A DNA stretch of 64,000 nucleotides from Eledone cirrhosa (taxonomy: Eukaryota). A program made the translations under genes and the position numbers. Position 1 is the stretch's first letter; each line of letters opens with the position of its first letter. Below the pieces are notes generated by a model. The model was not told where the DNA came from and searched no databases. It saw only the letters and a list, made by a program, of their open reading frames with translations. This document shows, in pieces, positions 26,348 to 64,000 of this stretch. The stretch is from the NCBI GenBank assembly GCA_964016885.1, contig OZ024763.1, forward strand, positions 26,846,001 through 26,910,000, in the 5' to 3' direction.

Positions 26348-26552
26348 TTCATACAATATGTTCACGAGTTGTGTTGGAGGTAACCACTTTTAAAAAAAGG
26401 TACTCAATACGTTGGTAGAGTATAGGTATCTGTATTATAGATAAAAATGACATCTACAGGACTAGAACTGTTTCATTCCTGATCATTTGATGCAAATGAA
26501 ACAGTTCTAGTCCTGAAGAAGTCATTTCTATATAAAATAAAAATACACAGAT

Positions 26553-26589
<37 letters not shown>

Positions 26590-26651
26590 AGGATTAAAAT
26601 ACTGGAGCGTGTTGGAGTTAAACATCTCTGCCGATATTACTTCTTGTTTTG

Positions 26652-26699
26652 ATTGCCCTGATGAGTCCTTAATAGGACGAAACATTGTCGGCTAATAAA
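26652..26699 (+). ncRNA. Canonical type I hammerhead ribozyme followed by AATAAA
   Basis: attGCC-CTGATGA-GTCCT taat AGGAC-GAAA-C att G-TC^GGC-taat; all conserved core nucleotides present, GUC cleavage after 26689. Confidence 0.85.
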
Positions 26700-29320
26700 A
26701 ACTTTTGATGTATTAAAGGATTCTTTGTTTTACTCTCTTAATATATATATATATATATATATAAAGAAATATAATCTATTTTTTGTTGAATCACCAAATC
26801 AGACTAATGGATCAGTGCTGGAGTCGGGTCCATACTTTCCATAGGTGACCTTGAGCCAATCATCTGTGAAACGTACGTCACAAGTCGATAATCAATAAAA
26901 AATATGTAAATGAAATATCGTTTTTCCTTAATATACACACTCTGCTTGTATATCAAGTGGTCATATTAGTACCACCGCCACCACTACCATCCAAAGAGGG
27001 TTCGATAAGGATTGTATATGTATATATAAGTATATAGAAACCCATTGAACGAATATTGATTATTAGTAAGATTAAGAATTGTTATTTTAATCGAACTACG
27101 GTGGATTGGCACGAGGTTAACTTTGCCTTTCATCCTTACGGGGTCGATAAAATAAAGTACCAGTAATACACTGGGTAATTGCTGGCCTTGTGCCAAAAGT
27201 AGAAACAGTTATTTTAATCGAACTAATTATATATATTTAGAGCACCCGCGAAAAGTGAAAAACCGCGAAGATCGGACGTGGTCCATAAAACTGCCTAAAG
27301 ATTTCAAAATATAACGTAAAATATAATAATAATAAAAAAAGGGAGCGTCTTATGCGAAGTGGCGTCCAGTAGGCCGGCAAATACGGTATATTGTTATTAA
27401 TAAATTAGCGTTAAAAATATATTTAATTGTTTCTACTATTGGCACGAGGCCAGCAATTACCCAGTACATTACTGGTACTTTATTTTATCGACCCCGTAAG
27501 GATGAAAGGCAAAGTTAACCTCGGCGGGATTTGAACTCAGAATGGCAAGGGCCGTAACTCTATGCATCAAAGCATGGTGTCCGACCCTCTACCGATACTG
27601 CCAATTCACCGCCCTTAAAAATATATTTAATGCCACGAAAAAAGCCATAAGAAAAAATCCCGCGAATAACCGGAACCGCGAATTCCGTGGTTACACTGAA
27701 TGTATATATATATACACACATACACAAATATATATTAATTTATCCGAAATTGAGGCTGTAAGCTGTTGCTACTCTGAGTTCTTCGTCTCCATATTTTTGA
27801 ATGGCTCTAACATCTCCCCCTTCTTCCATCTTTCATGAACATCTACTTAAGTCCCCTGAATAATTACAATTATCTATTCTTTTCTCTCCCTTGATTAGAC
27901 AAAGATTCAAGTAACATAACTCTTCATAGAGCTTTCTAGAATGATCGGACTTGGGGAAAAATATTTAGAGTAACCTCCCTTTAAATTTAGCCCGTTTGAC
28001 GGAAATACGAAGTTGAAAAGTTCGTAGGCTAGAAAAGTTCTGGATAGAAAGAAAGCTGTTATTAATAAGAAGAGGTGAAATCAATGCATGCAAGATTTCA
28101 CAGCTCTTGTATCACTCCTTCATAAGCTGACCAAAATACACTCCTGGAATGACCTAATGAGGTTTTTTTTCAACATAGTCCCTCGATAGAAAGAATGCAG
28201 TTATTAATAAGAACAGTTGAAATTAATGCATGCAAGATTTTACAGCTCTAGCATCACTCCTTCATAGTCAGCCTATGTATTTTTCAGCTGACCTTCGCAC
28301 TTCACGATTCCTGAAAACGTACTTAAGTGTTAGTATCTAATGCCGATGGAGTCATAGGGATGCCGTCACTTGGAGATCCAGCTGGATCAGTTGGAGATAG
28401 TTGCTTCTGACAGCTAGAAGGTGTATTTTAGGACCCTGCTTCCATGACCCTCTCATGAATAAGTGGGCAAAGAAGAAGAACAACAACGAATTTTGAACTT
28501 AGCCCATGCGGTCTCCCTGTTGGGAATGAATGGACTGTAATGGAACAAATATATGTTTTTTAATGTAACATATGGTGGCCAATTGGCAGAGTCGTTAGAA
28601 CATCAGATAGAATACTTTTCAGTATTTAACTGGCTCTCTGCTCTTTGAGTTTAAATACCACTAAGGTCAACTTTGCTTTTCATCCTTTCAAGGTTGACAA
28701 AAAAAAAAGTACCAGTCAAGTACTTGATTCCTTCTCTATACCTCTTTCTCACTTCCATTCTTTAACCCACTCTGTTGCCTTTCATCCATTTGAGGACGAT
28801 AAAAAAGTACCAGTCAAGTACTGGGGTTGATTCTTTCTCTTTCTCACTCACTTTCTTTCTCTTTCTCACTTCCATTCTCTCCCTCTCTCTATCTATCCTT
28901 CTCTGTTGCTTTACATCCAACTGAGGACGATAAAAAAAAAATGGTACCAGTCAAGTACTGGGGGGTCGATTCTTCCTCTCTATCTCTTTCTCCATTCCTC
29001 TCTAATACTCTCTGTCTCTATCTGTCCCTCTCTCTTTCTCTCTCTGAAAGAAATCGGTTGTGTTCAGACCTGGAGAGGGGATGGGTACCCCCAAGTTTAG
29101 AAATGCCCAAGACTCGCCTTATGTCCCTATGACCCCGCCACACACACACAGCTCCGATGGTTTGTCAAGATCATATTCGTTCAAAAGAAACACAAAAAAG
29201 ACAAACTTCACCTCCGACATCAGTCGAGTGTGATTGTAAAAATTTACCAAAGATTTTTTTTATGTACAATGTTGGCTTGCTGTGTCAACTTTATTTCAAA
29301 CTTATACAAGAATAGCACAG

Positions 29321-29369
<49 letters not shown>

Positions 29370-29372
29370 TCT

Positions 29373-29452
<80 letters not shown>

Positions 29453-29537
29453 TATATTTATATATATATATAAAAGTATATTTATATATATATATATATA
29501 TAAAAGTATATTTATATATATATATATATATATAAAT

Positions 29538-29646
<109 letters not shown>

Positions 29647-29709
29647 TATATATATCATCATCATCATCATCGTTTAATGTCCATCTTCCACGCTTGCATC
29701 GGTTTAAAT

Positions 29710-29769
<60 letters not shown>

Positions 29770-29774
<5 letters not shown>

Positions 29775-30123
29775 TAAAAGGAAAAGCTGACAAATTTTTC
29801 CCAGTGAAAAATAGTTTAATTAGGAATAAGTATAAATTAGTAATAAGTATTGGTTAGTATTCAGTTTTAATTTTAAGTTTTTACCAGTTTTTACCAGTTG
29901 CGCATTTCTAATGCTTTTCAAAAATAATTTTGAGATAGAGCGCTCGTGATGTTTGCTCTATCTCAAAATTAATTTTGAAAAGCATTAGAAATGCGCAACC
30001 GGTAAAAACTTAAAACTAAAACTGAATACTAACCAATACTTATTACTAATTTATACTTATTCCTAATTAAACTATTTTTCGCTGGGAAAAATTTGTCAGC
30101 ATTTTCTTTTCCTTTTACTAATA
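29770..30123. repeat. Fold-back element in (TA)n
   Basis: ~170-bp inverted arms meeting near 29940-29952. Confidence 0.8.
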
Positions 30124-30341
30124 TATCACAACTCATGTGTTACACCTCTTTTTTTAAAATATATATATATATATATATATATAAATATATATAGCTCTAC
30201 ACATCATCACAGAAGTGAACCTAAACATCGAGTGCTCACCCGGGTGAACCTGCAGTAACTCTTAGTTACACCCACTGGATATATATATATATATATGTTT
30301 TTTTTTATTTGACTATATAATAAACAACACAATATAATTAT

Positions 30342-30409
30342 CCCATTACCCAAGGTTTCACGAAATTAGACGATTCTAACAGAAACGTCTAGTTCGCTCA
30401 TCAGATGAA
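30342..30409 (-). ncRNA. Type I hammerhead fold with extended stem II
   Basis: Minus strand TTCAT-CTGATGA-GCGAAcTAGACG..CGTCTAatTTCGT-GAAA-CC ttg GG-TA-ATGGG; homologue at 51933-52000 (-). Confidence 0.75.
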
Positions 30410-30853
30410 CTATATATATATATATATATAACTGCTTTGTAAATCATCTGATGTTTTTACATTGAGCTACTTAACTTACTGGTAATAAGGTAGTAATACA
30501 TTACTGCCTACCACTATTTAGGGTGTGTATAAAAAATACTTATAACTGCATAAGGTTTTGTATTTACATAACCATAATTAGTATAACTAATACTATATAT
30601 ATATATATATATATATTATTAAAATAATATATATATATTATATATATTATATATATATATTATATATATTATATATATATATTATATATATATATATTAT
30701 ATATATATATATATTAAAATAATATATATATATTATATATATATATATTATATATATATATATATTATATATATATTATATATATATATATATTATATAT
30801 ATATATTATATATATATATTATATATATATATTATATATATATATATATTATA

Positions 30854-30886
<33 letters not shown>

Positions 30887-31274
30887 AATATACTTTTAAA
30901 GCCACTGAAATGAGTGTGTCTGTGTTGGTGTATGTGTGAGTGTTGGTGTGTGTGTGTGAGTGTTGGTGTGTGTGTGAGTGTTGGGGTGTGTGTGTGAGTG
31001 TTGGGGTGTGTGTGTGAGTGTTGGTGTGTGTGTGTGAGTGTTGGAGTGTGTGTGTTTGAGTGTTGGTGTGTGTGTCGTGGACAGTATGTAGTCACCTACA
31101 TTAAACATTAAACAATATATTTCTGGCTGGTTATAATTCTACATAAATATAAAATTTCACAGGAAACCATATATCTTTCTTATGCTCCCACTGTCTACAT
31201 CTACAATGATAGCTGTACTCTCTGTACTTTTAAACATACTGATGGGAGCCATTGTCTGCTAACAGCTCCCTTCA

Positions 31275-31509
31275 TTAACCCTTTAGCATTTAAAGTGGCC
31301 ATATCAGGTCAGAATTTTCTCACCTCTTTTTCAAACTGGCCATAACTGGCTGCTCATACTGACATTAAGTATTGGTCTCAAAATAAATAACAACAAAATC
31401 TTGTAGATTCAATATTATGTGATGTAATGTAATGTAGTTATGTAAGATAAAGCCTTTACCACAAAAATACAATAGTATATATAGAGTAATGTAAATGCTA
31501 AAGGGTTAA
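31275..31509. mobile_element. piggyBac-type MITE (TTAA TSD, CCCTTTAGCATTT TIRs)
   Basis: TTAA-CCCTTTAGCATTT ... AAATGCTAAAGGG-TTAA; relatives at 45703-45943 and 53130-53316. Confidence 0.75.
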
Positions 31510-31815
31510 ATACCAAACAACATATTTTTAGCAGGTTAAACTCCCACACAGATATAAAACCCTTCACCATTCTTCTTCTCCTCCCATCTACAATGGTGGT
31601 TGCATTCTTAACTCTTATTTTTCCAGTCTTTCTACAGTTCTATACAGTAAACATCAAAGAACATATTTTTGGATCATTAAACTTCCACATAAATACAGAA
31701 TCTCACATAAAACCCAACACCCTAGATTTTTCTTATGCTCCCTCTGTCTACAATAATAGCTGTACTTTTAACTCTTATTTTTCCACAGTCTTTCAACATC
31801 CTCCTACAGTAAAGA

Positions 31816-57155
<25,340 letters not shown>

Positions 57156-57221
57156 TCAGGAAAGATTACAAGAAAAAATGTCTCCGTACTTACATATAAT
57201 ATATATGTACAATATATACAT

Positions 57222-57253
<32 letters not shown>

Positions 57254-57385
57254 TATAAGAACAGATATATTATAAGATATAATATAAGAACAGATTAAAG
57301 TTTAAGCAAAGAATCGCTGCTTTCATCCTTAACAGGATCTTCTGAAATAATAAATATTTGCTCTACGGGTTTATATATATGAGTA

Positions 57386-57423
57386 CGAGCTGAGGATCCG
57401 CTAAGGTGAAACAATTGTTCTCG
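57386..57423 (+). ncRNA. Minimal type I hammerhead fold
   Basis: CGAG-CTGAGGA-tCC gcta aGGt-GAAA-CAATTG-TT-CTCG; palindromic stem III. Confidence 0.65.
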
Positions 57424-57578
57424 GTATGGTGAACTAACTGTTGTGTTACCACTTCTACCAAACTCGTCCCATGGACTGGGTATTCTACTACTACGGATAT
57501 TACATTCCAGTGTTCTCTCTCTCTCTCTCTCTCTAAGCAGCGATTCTTTGCTTAAACTTTAATCTGTTATTTTAATAA

Positions 57579-57611
<33 letters not shown>

Positions 57612-57656
57612 ATCCTTATCGAGCCTTCTTCGGATTTTAGTTTTCACATTTATTAT

Positions 57657-57694
<38 letters not shown>

Positions 57695-57732
57695 CCTGGC
57701 AATATTACAACAATGTGACCCTCCCAAAGTAT

Positions 57733-57767
<35 letters not shown>

Positions 57768-57947
57768 GTAGGAGGTGAGTTTTATTGTAGTACAATAAAG
57801 CAATGCAGATATCGGATAAGAAGCACTCTACAGTTTGTAGGACTGGAGTATACATAATATATAAGATCAAAAGATGGTTAAAGGAGTTCCATGTATTTTA
57901 TTATGCGCATAATAAAATACATGGAACTCCTTTAACCATCTTTTTAT

Positions 57948-58018
<71 letters not shown>

Positions 58019-58271
58019 AAGATTGCGTAAAAGGGTGAAAGCAGCGATTCTTTGCTTAAACTTTAATTTGTACTAATAATAAATATTTGCTTTACTGTTT
58101 ATATATATGTATATATGTATATATAATCATTATGGAGGGAGCTTTGTTCGGAGTTTGGTCTTCATAATTATTATTACTATATATATATATTTGGCATGCA
58201 TTTGGCGGCCCTTCGCACAACGATGTTTTGGGGTCCCTGTCTATGGATGACCCAGGCCTCGTTAAGCAAAA

Positions 58272-58380
<109 letters not shown>

Positions 58381-58469
58381 TTACGTTAAAACATTTAAGG
58401 CAAAAATATACAAATTAAAATAGAGACAGCCAGGGAGAATTTCTTTTGGTAGCGTTGGTTGTGGTTGTT

Positions 58470-58501
<32 letters not shown>

Positions 58502-58521
58502 CGAGTGTATATTAATTTACG

Positions 58522-59263
58522 TTTGTTGTTGTTAGTTGTGGTTGTGGTGGTGGTGGTAGTGGTAGTATTGTTGGTGGTGGTGGTGGTAGTGGTGGTGGTA
58601 GTGGTATTATTGTTGGTGGTGGTGGTGTTGGTGGTAGTAGTGGTGGTGTTGTTGGTGGTGGTGTTGGTAGTGCTGTTGGTGGTGGTAGTGGTGGTGGTGG
58701 TGTTGTTGGTGGTAGTGGTGGTGTTGGTGGTGGTGGTGTTCTTGTTGGTGGTGGTAGTGGTGGTGTTGGTGGTGGTGGTGGTGTTGTTGGTGGTGGTAGT
58801 GGTGGTGTTGGTGGTGGTAGTGTTGTTGTTGGTAGTGGTAGTATTGTTGGTGGTGGTGGTGTTGGTGGTAGTGGTGGTGGTGTTGTTGGTGGTGGTGTTG
58901 GTAGTGCTGTTGGTGGTGGTAGTGGTGGTGGTGGTAGTGGTGGTGTTGGTGGTGGTGTTGGTGGTGGTAGTGGTGGTGGTGTTGTTGGTGTTGGTAGTGC
59001 TGTTGGTGGTGGTAGTGGTGGTGGTGTTGTTGTTGGTGGTGGTAGTGGTGGTGTTAGTGGTGGTGGTGGTGTTGTTGGTGGTGGTAGTGGTGGTGTTGGT
59101 GGTGGTAGTGGTGGTGTTGGTGGTAGTGGTGTTGTTGTTGGTGGTGGTAGTGGTGTTGGTGGTGGTAGTGGTGGTAGTGGTGTTGTTGTTGTTGGTGGTG
59201 TTGGTGGTGGTGGTAGTGTTGATGTTGGTAGTGTTGTTGGTGGTGGTAGTGGTGTTGTTGGTG

Positions 59264-59301
<38 letters not shown>

Positions 59302-62065
59302 GTTGGTAGTGTTGTTGGTGGTAGTGTTGTTGTTGGTGTTGGTAGTGATGTTGTTGGTAGTGGTATTGGATGGTAGTGTTGTTGTTGGTGGTGGTGGGGT
59401 GTTGATGTTGGTGATGGTTGTGGTGGTAGTGGTTTTGTTGTTGATGTTGTTGTTGTTGTTGGTGTTGTTGTTGTTGTTGTTGGTGGTGGTGGTGTTGTTG
59501 GTAGTGTTGTTGGTGGTGGTGTTGTTGGTAGTGGTGTTGTTGTTGGTGTTGTTGGTGGTGGTGTTGTTGGTAGTGGTGTTGTTGTTGTTGTTGTTGGTGG
59601 TGGTGTTGTTGGTAGTGGTATTGTTGTTGTTGTTGTTGGTGGTGGTGTTGTTGGTAGTGGTATTGTTGTTGGTGTTGTTGGTGGTGGTGTTGTTGTTGGT
59701 GTTGTTGGTGGTGGTGTTGTTGGTAGTGGTGTTGTTGTTGGTGTTGTTGGTGGTGGTGTTGTTGTTGGTGTTGTTGGTGGTGGTGTTGTTGGTAGTGGTG
59801 TTGTTGTTGGTGTTGTTGGTGGTGTTGTTGGTGGTGGTGTTGTTGGTAGCGGTGTTGTTGTTGTTGTTGTTGGTGGTGGTGTTGTTGGTAGTGGTATTGT
59901 TGTTGTTGTTGTTGGTGGTGGTGTTGTTGGTAGTGGTATTGTTGTTGGTGTTGTTGGTGGTGGTGTTGTTGGTAGTGGTATTGTTGTTGGTGTTGTTGTT
60001 GTTGTTGTTGGTAGTGTTGTTGGTAGTGGTGTTGTTGTTGTTGTTGTTGGTGGTGGTGTTGTTGGTAGTGGTATTGTTGTTGTTGTTGTTGGTGGTGGTG
60101 TTGTTGGTAGTGGTATTGTTGTTGTTGTTGTTGGTGGTGGTGTTGTTGGTAGTGGTATTGTTGTTGGTGTTGTTGTTGTTGTTGTTGGTAGTGTTGTTGG
60201 TAGTGGTGTTGTTGTTGTTGTTGTTGGTGGTGGTGTTGTTGGTAGTGGTATTGTTGTTGTTGTTGTTGGTGGTGGTGTTGTTGGTAGTGGTATTGTTGTT
60301 GTTGTTGTTGGTGGTGGTGTTGTTGGTAGTGGTATTGTTGTTGTTGTTGTTGGTGGTGGTGTTGTTGGTAGTGGTATTGTTGTTGGTGTTGTTGTTGTTG
60401 TTGTTGGTGGTGGTGTTGTTGGTAGTGGTATTGTTGTTGGTGTTGTTGGTGGTGGTGTTGTTGGTAGTGGTATTGTTGTTGGTGTTGTTGTTGTTGTTGT
60501 TGGTAGTGGTATTGTTGTTGTTGTTGTTGGTGGTGGTGTTGTTGGTAGTGGTATTGTTGTTGGTGTTGTTGTTGTTGTTGTTGGTGGTGGTGTTGTTGGT
60601 AGTGGTATTGTTGTTGTTGTTGTTGGTGGTGGTGTTGTTGGTAGTGGTGTTGTTGTTGTTGTTGTTGGTGGTAGTGTTGTTGGTAGTGGTATTGTTGTTG
60701 TTGTTGTTGGTGGTGGTGTTGTTGGTAGTGGTGTTGTTGTTGTTGTTGTTGGTGGTAGTGTTGTTGGTAGTGGTATTGTTGTTGTTGTTGTTGGTGGTGG
60801 TGTTGTTGGTAGTGGTGTTGTTGTTGTTGTTGTTGGTGGTGGTGTTGTTGGTAGTGGTATTGTTGGTAGTGGTATTGTTGTTGTTGTTGTTGGTGGTGGT
60901 GTTGTTGGTAGTGGTATTGTTGTTGTTGTTGTTGGTGGTGGTGTTGTTGGTAGTGGTATTGTTGTTGTTGTTGTTGGTGGTGGTGTTGTTGGTAGTGGTA
61001 TTGTTGTTGTTGTTGTTGGTGGTGGTGTTGTTGGTAGTGGTATTGTTGGTAGTGTTGTTGGTGGTGGTGTTGTTGTTGTTGTTGTTGGTGGTGGTGTTGT
61101 TGGTAGTGGTATTGTTGTTGTTGTTGTTGGTGGTGGTGTTGTTGGTAGTGGTATTGTTGTTGTTGTTGTTGGTGGTGGTGTTGTTGGTAGTGGTATTGTT
61201 GGTAGTGTTGTTGGTGGTGGTGTTGTTGGTAGTGGTATTGTTGGTAGTGTTGTTGGTGGTGGTGTTGTTGGTAGTGGTATTGTTGGTAGTGGTATTGTTG
61301 TTGTTGTTGTTGGTGGTGGTGTTGTTGGTAGTGGTATTGTTGTTGTTGTTGTTGGTGGTGGTGTTGTTGGTAGTGGTATTGTTGGTAGTGTTGTTGGTGG
61401 TGGTGTTGTTGGTAGTGGTATTGTTGGTAGTGTTGTTGGTGGTGGTGTTGTTGGTAGTGGTATTGTTGGTAGTGGTGTTGTTGTTGTTGTTGTTGGTGGT
61501 GGTGTTGTTGGTAGTGGTATTGTTGTTGTTGTTGTTGGTGGTGGTGTTGTTGGTAGTGGTATTGTTGGTAGTGTTGTTGGTGGTGGTGTTGTTGGTAGTG
61601 GTATTGTTGGTAGTGTTGTTGGTGGTGGTGTTGTTGGTAGTGGTATTGTTGGTAGTGGTATTGTTGTTGTTGTTGTTGGTGGTGGTGTTGTTAGTAGTGG
61701 TATTGTTGTTGTTGTTGTTGGTGGTGGTGTTGTTGGTAGTGGTATTGTTGGTAGTGTTGTTGGTGGTGGTGTTGTTGGTAGTGGTATTGTTGGTAGTGTT
61801 GTTGGTGGTGGTGTTGTTGGTAGTGGTATTGTTGGTAGTGGTATTGTTGTTGTTGTTGTTGGTGGTGGTGTTGTTGGTAGTGGTATTGTTGGTAGTGTTG
61901 TTGGTAGTGGTATTGTTGGTAGTGTTGTTGGTGGTGGTGTTGTTGGTAGTGGTATTGTTGGTAGTGTTGTTGGTGGTGGTGTTGTTGGTAGTGGTATTGA
62001 TGTTGGTGTTGTTGTTGATGTTGGTGGTGCTGTTGTTGTTGGTAGTGTTGTTGATGTTGATATTG
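58522..62065. repeat. Compound (GTT/GGT/AGT)n trinucleotide array with higher-order modules
   Basis: Direct inspection; yields spurious >1000-aa low-complexity ORFs. Confidence 0.95.
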
Positions 62066-62129
62066 TATGTATAGGTGTGTGTGTATGTATATATGTATGT
62101 AAATGTGTGTATAGGTGTATGTATGTATT

Positions 62130-62166
<37 letters not shown>

Positions 62167-62513
62167 GCATGTATATATGTATGTATGTTTATATGTGTAT
62201 ATATACATATATATGTATATATATATATGTATGTATATATGTATGTATGTTTATATGTGTATATATATATGTGTGTATGTATATATGTATGTATGTTTAT
62301 ATGTGTATATGTATATATATGTATATACATATATAAATGTATATATATATATATGTGTATATATATATATAGATGTGTGTATAGGTGTATGTGTGGTGTA
62401 TACTTTGTATGTGTATATATTTTGTATATGTATGTATTTATATATATTATATATCCAACAGCATACGTTAGCTTGCCCACAACCAGAGCTCCGATTATGT
62501 TGTACTACTTTCT

Positions 62514-62571
<58 letters not shown>

Positions 62572-62840
62572 ACGAAGGAAATGTGGTAAGGAACCAGGTG
62601 GACCATAACGCACCAAAGTACTCAATACTTGGGGTAGTAGAGTGGGTAATAGGAACCAGTAAGACCCCGACGGCTGAGCTCAAGCCGTTTCGACGGCTAA
62701 TTCTGTACTGAATTAGCCGTCGAAATGGCTTGAGCTCAGCCGTCGGGGTCTTACTTGTTCCTATTACCCTCTCTACTACCCTAAGTATTGAGTACTTTGG
62801 TGCGTTATGGTCCACCTGGTTCCTTACCACATTTCCTTCG

Positions 62841-62907
<67 letters not shown>

Positions 62908-62952
62908 GAGAGAGAGAGGAAGGAACATAATGAGAAAAATATGAGTGACTTA

Positions 62953-62999
<47 letters not shown>

Positions 63000-63048
63000 A
63001 TATATATATATATATATATCTATATATATATATATATATATATCTATA

Positions 63049-63095
<47 letters not shown>

Positions 63096-63438
63096 GTATG
63101 TATGTGTATAGATGTATGTGTACTACAACACCCCCATCTGTCCTTATTCAAATCTTCTTACCTCTCATTATCCATTCCAGAACCTTCTCTCATGTCCTTC
63201 ACATCCCATAATGACAAAAGACACGACACAACTTCTAACTTCTCCGCTGCATTCTCTACACCATATAACTGTATAACTGTATGTAAGCAGGATGCAGTTT
63301 CCTTGGCCTGCCTGGTAGATCAGTAACCCCACCCCACCCCAGTTCCAGTACTGAGTTAGTCTATGTACACCTGTGTCCAACCCTTGCTAGCAGAGGCAGG
63401 GCAAAATGGATCTTAAATGATGATGATAATGATGATGA

Positions 63439-63478
<40 letters not shown>

Positions 63479-63541
63479 CTCTACTTCTCTCTCTCTCCAC
63501 ACACACACACATATATATTGTTATTTTTGTTTACCTGTTAC

Positions 63542-63597
<56 letters not shown>

Positions 63598-63645
63598 ATA
63601 TATATATATGTATATGTGTATGTATATATGTATATATATATATAT

Positions 63646-63685
<40 letters not shown>

Positions 63686-63698
63686 ATATGTGTATGTA

Positions 63699-63781
<83 letters not shown>

Positions 63782-64000
63782 ATATGTGTATGTATATATG
63801 TATATATATGTATGTATATGTATGTATATATATTTATATATATATATAGCAGAGGCAGGGAAAATGGATCTTAAATGATGATGATAATGATGATGATGAT
63901 ATATATATGTGTACATGTGTATGTATATATGTATATATATGTATGTATGTATATATGTATGTATATGTATTTATATGTAAATATAAATATATATATATGT

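Noticed and set aside
58468-62480. >1100-aa ORFs in three frames
   Set aside because: Trinucleotide array lacking stops in several frames; no domain or splice evidence

Overview
Eukaryotic, AT-rich, microsatellite-saturated genomic DNA. The repeat landscape resembles an octopod cephalopod, but that is inference only. It holds two convergent spliced genes. One is the last two exons of a bacterial-type amidohydrolase (Atu3266/EF_0837-like deacetylase, + strand, 21652-25531). The other is a complete 9-exon Mn-type cation diffusion facilitator (MTP8-11-like, - strand, 57155-31816, 419 aa), reconstructed by hand with consistent splice phases. Mobile DNA includes an apparently intact Tx1/L1 LINE (1-5035), a 5'-truncated PHD-bearing RTE LINE, several RTE/CR1/R4 fragments, two tRNA-derived SINE families, TTAA (piggyBac-type) MITEs, and satellites, two of which derive from SINE sequence. 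The most striking unexplained structure is a dense population of short non-coding elements embedded in (TA)n. They carry type I hammerhead-ribozyme folds from roughly ten unrelated sequence families, often with a palindromic stem III and a downstream AATAAA, and are frequently arranged as fold-back palindromes. Most long ORFs in the ORF track are microsatellite artefacts.
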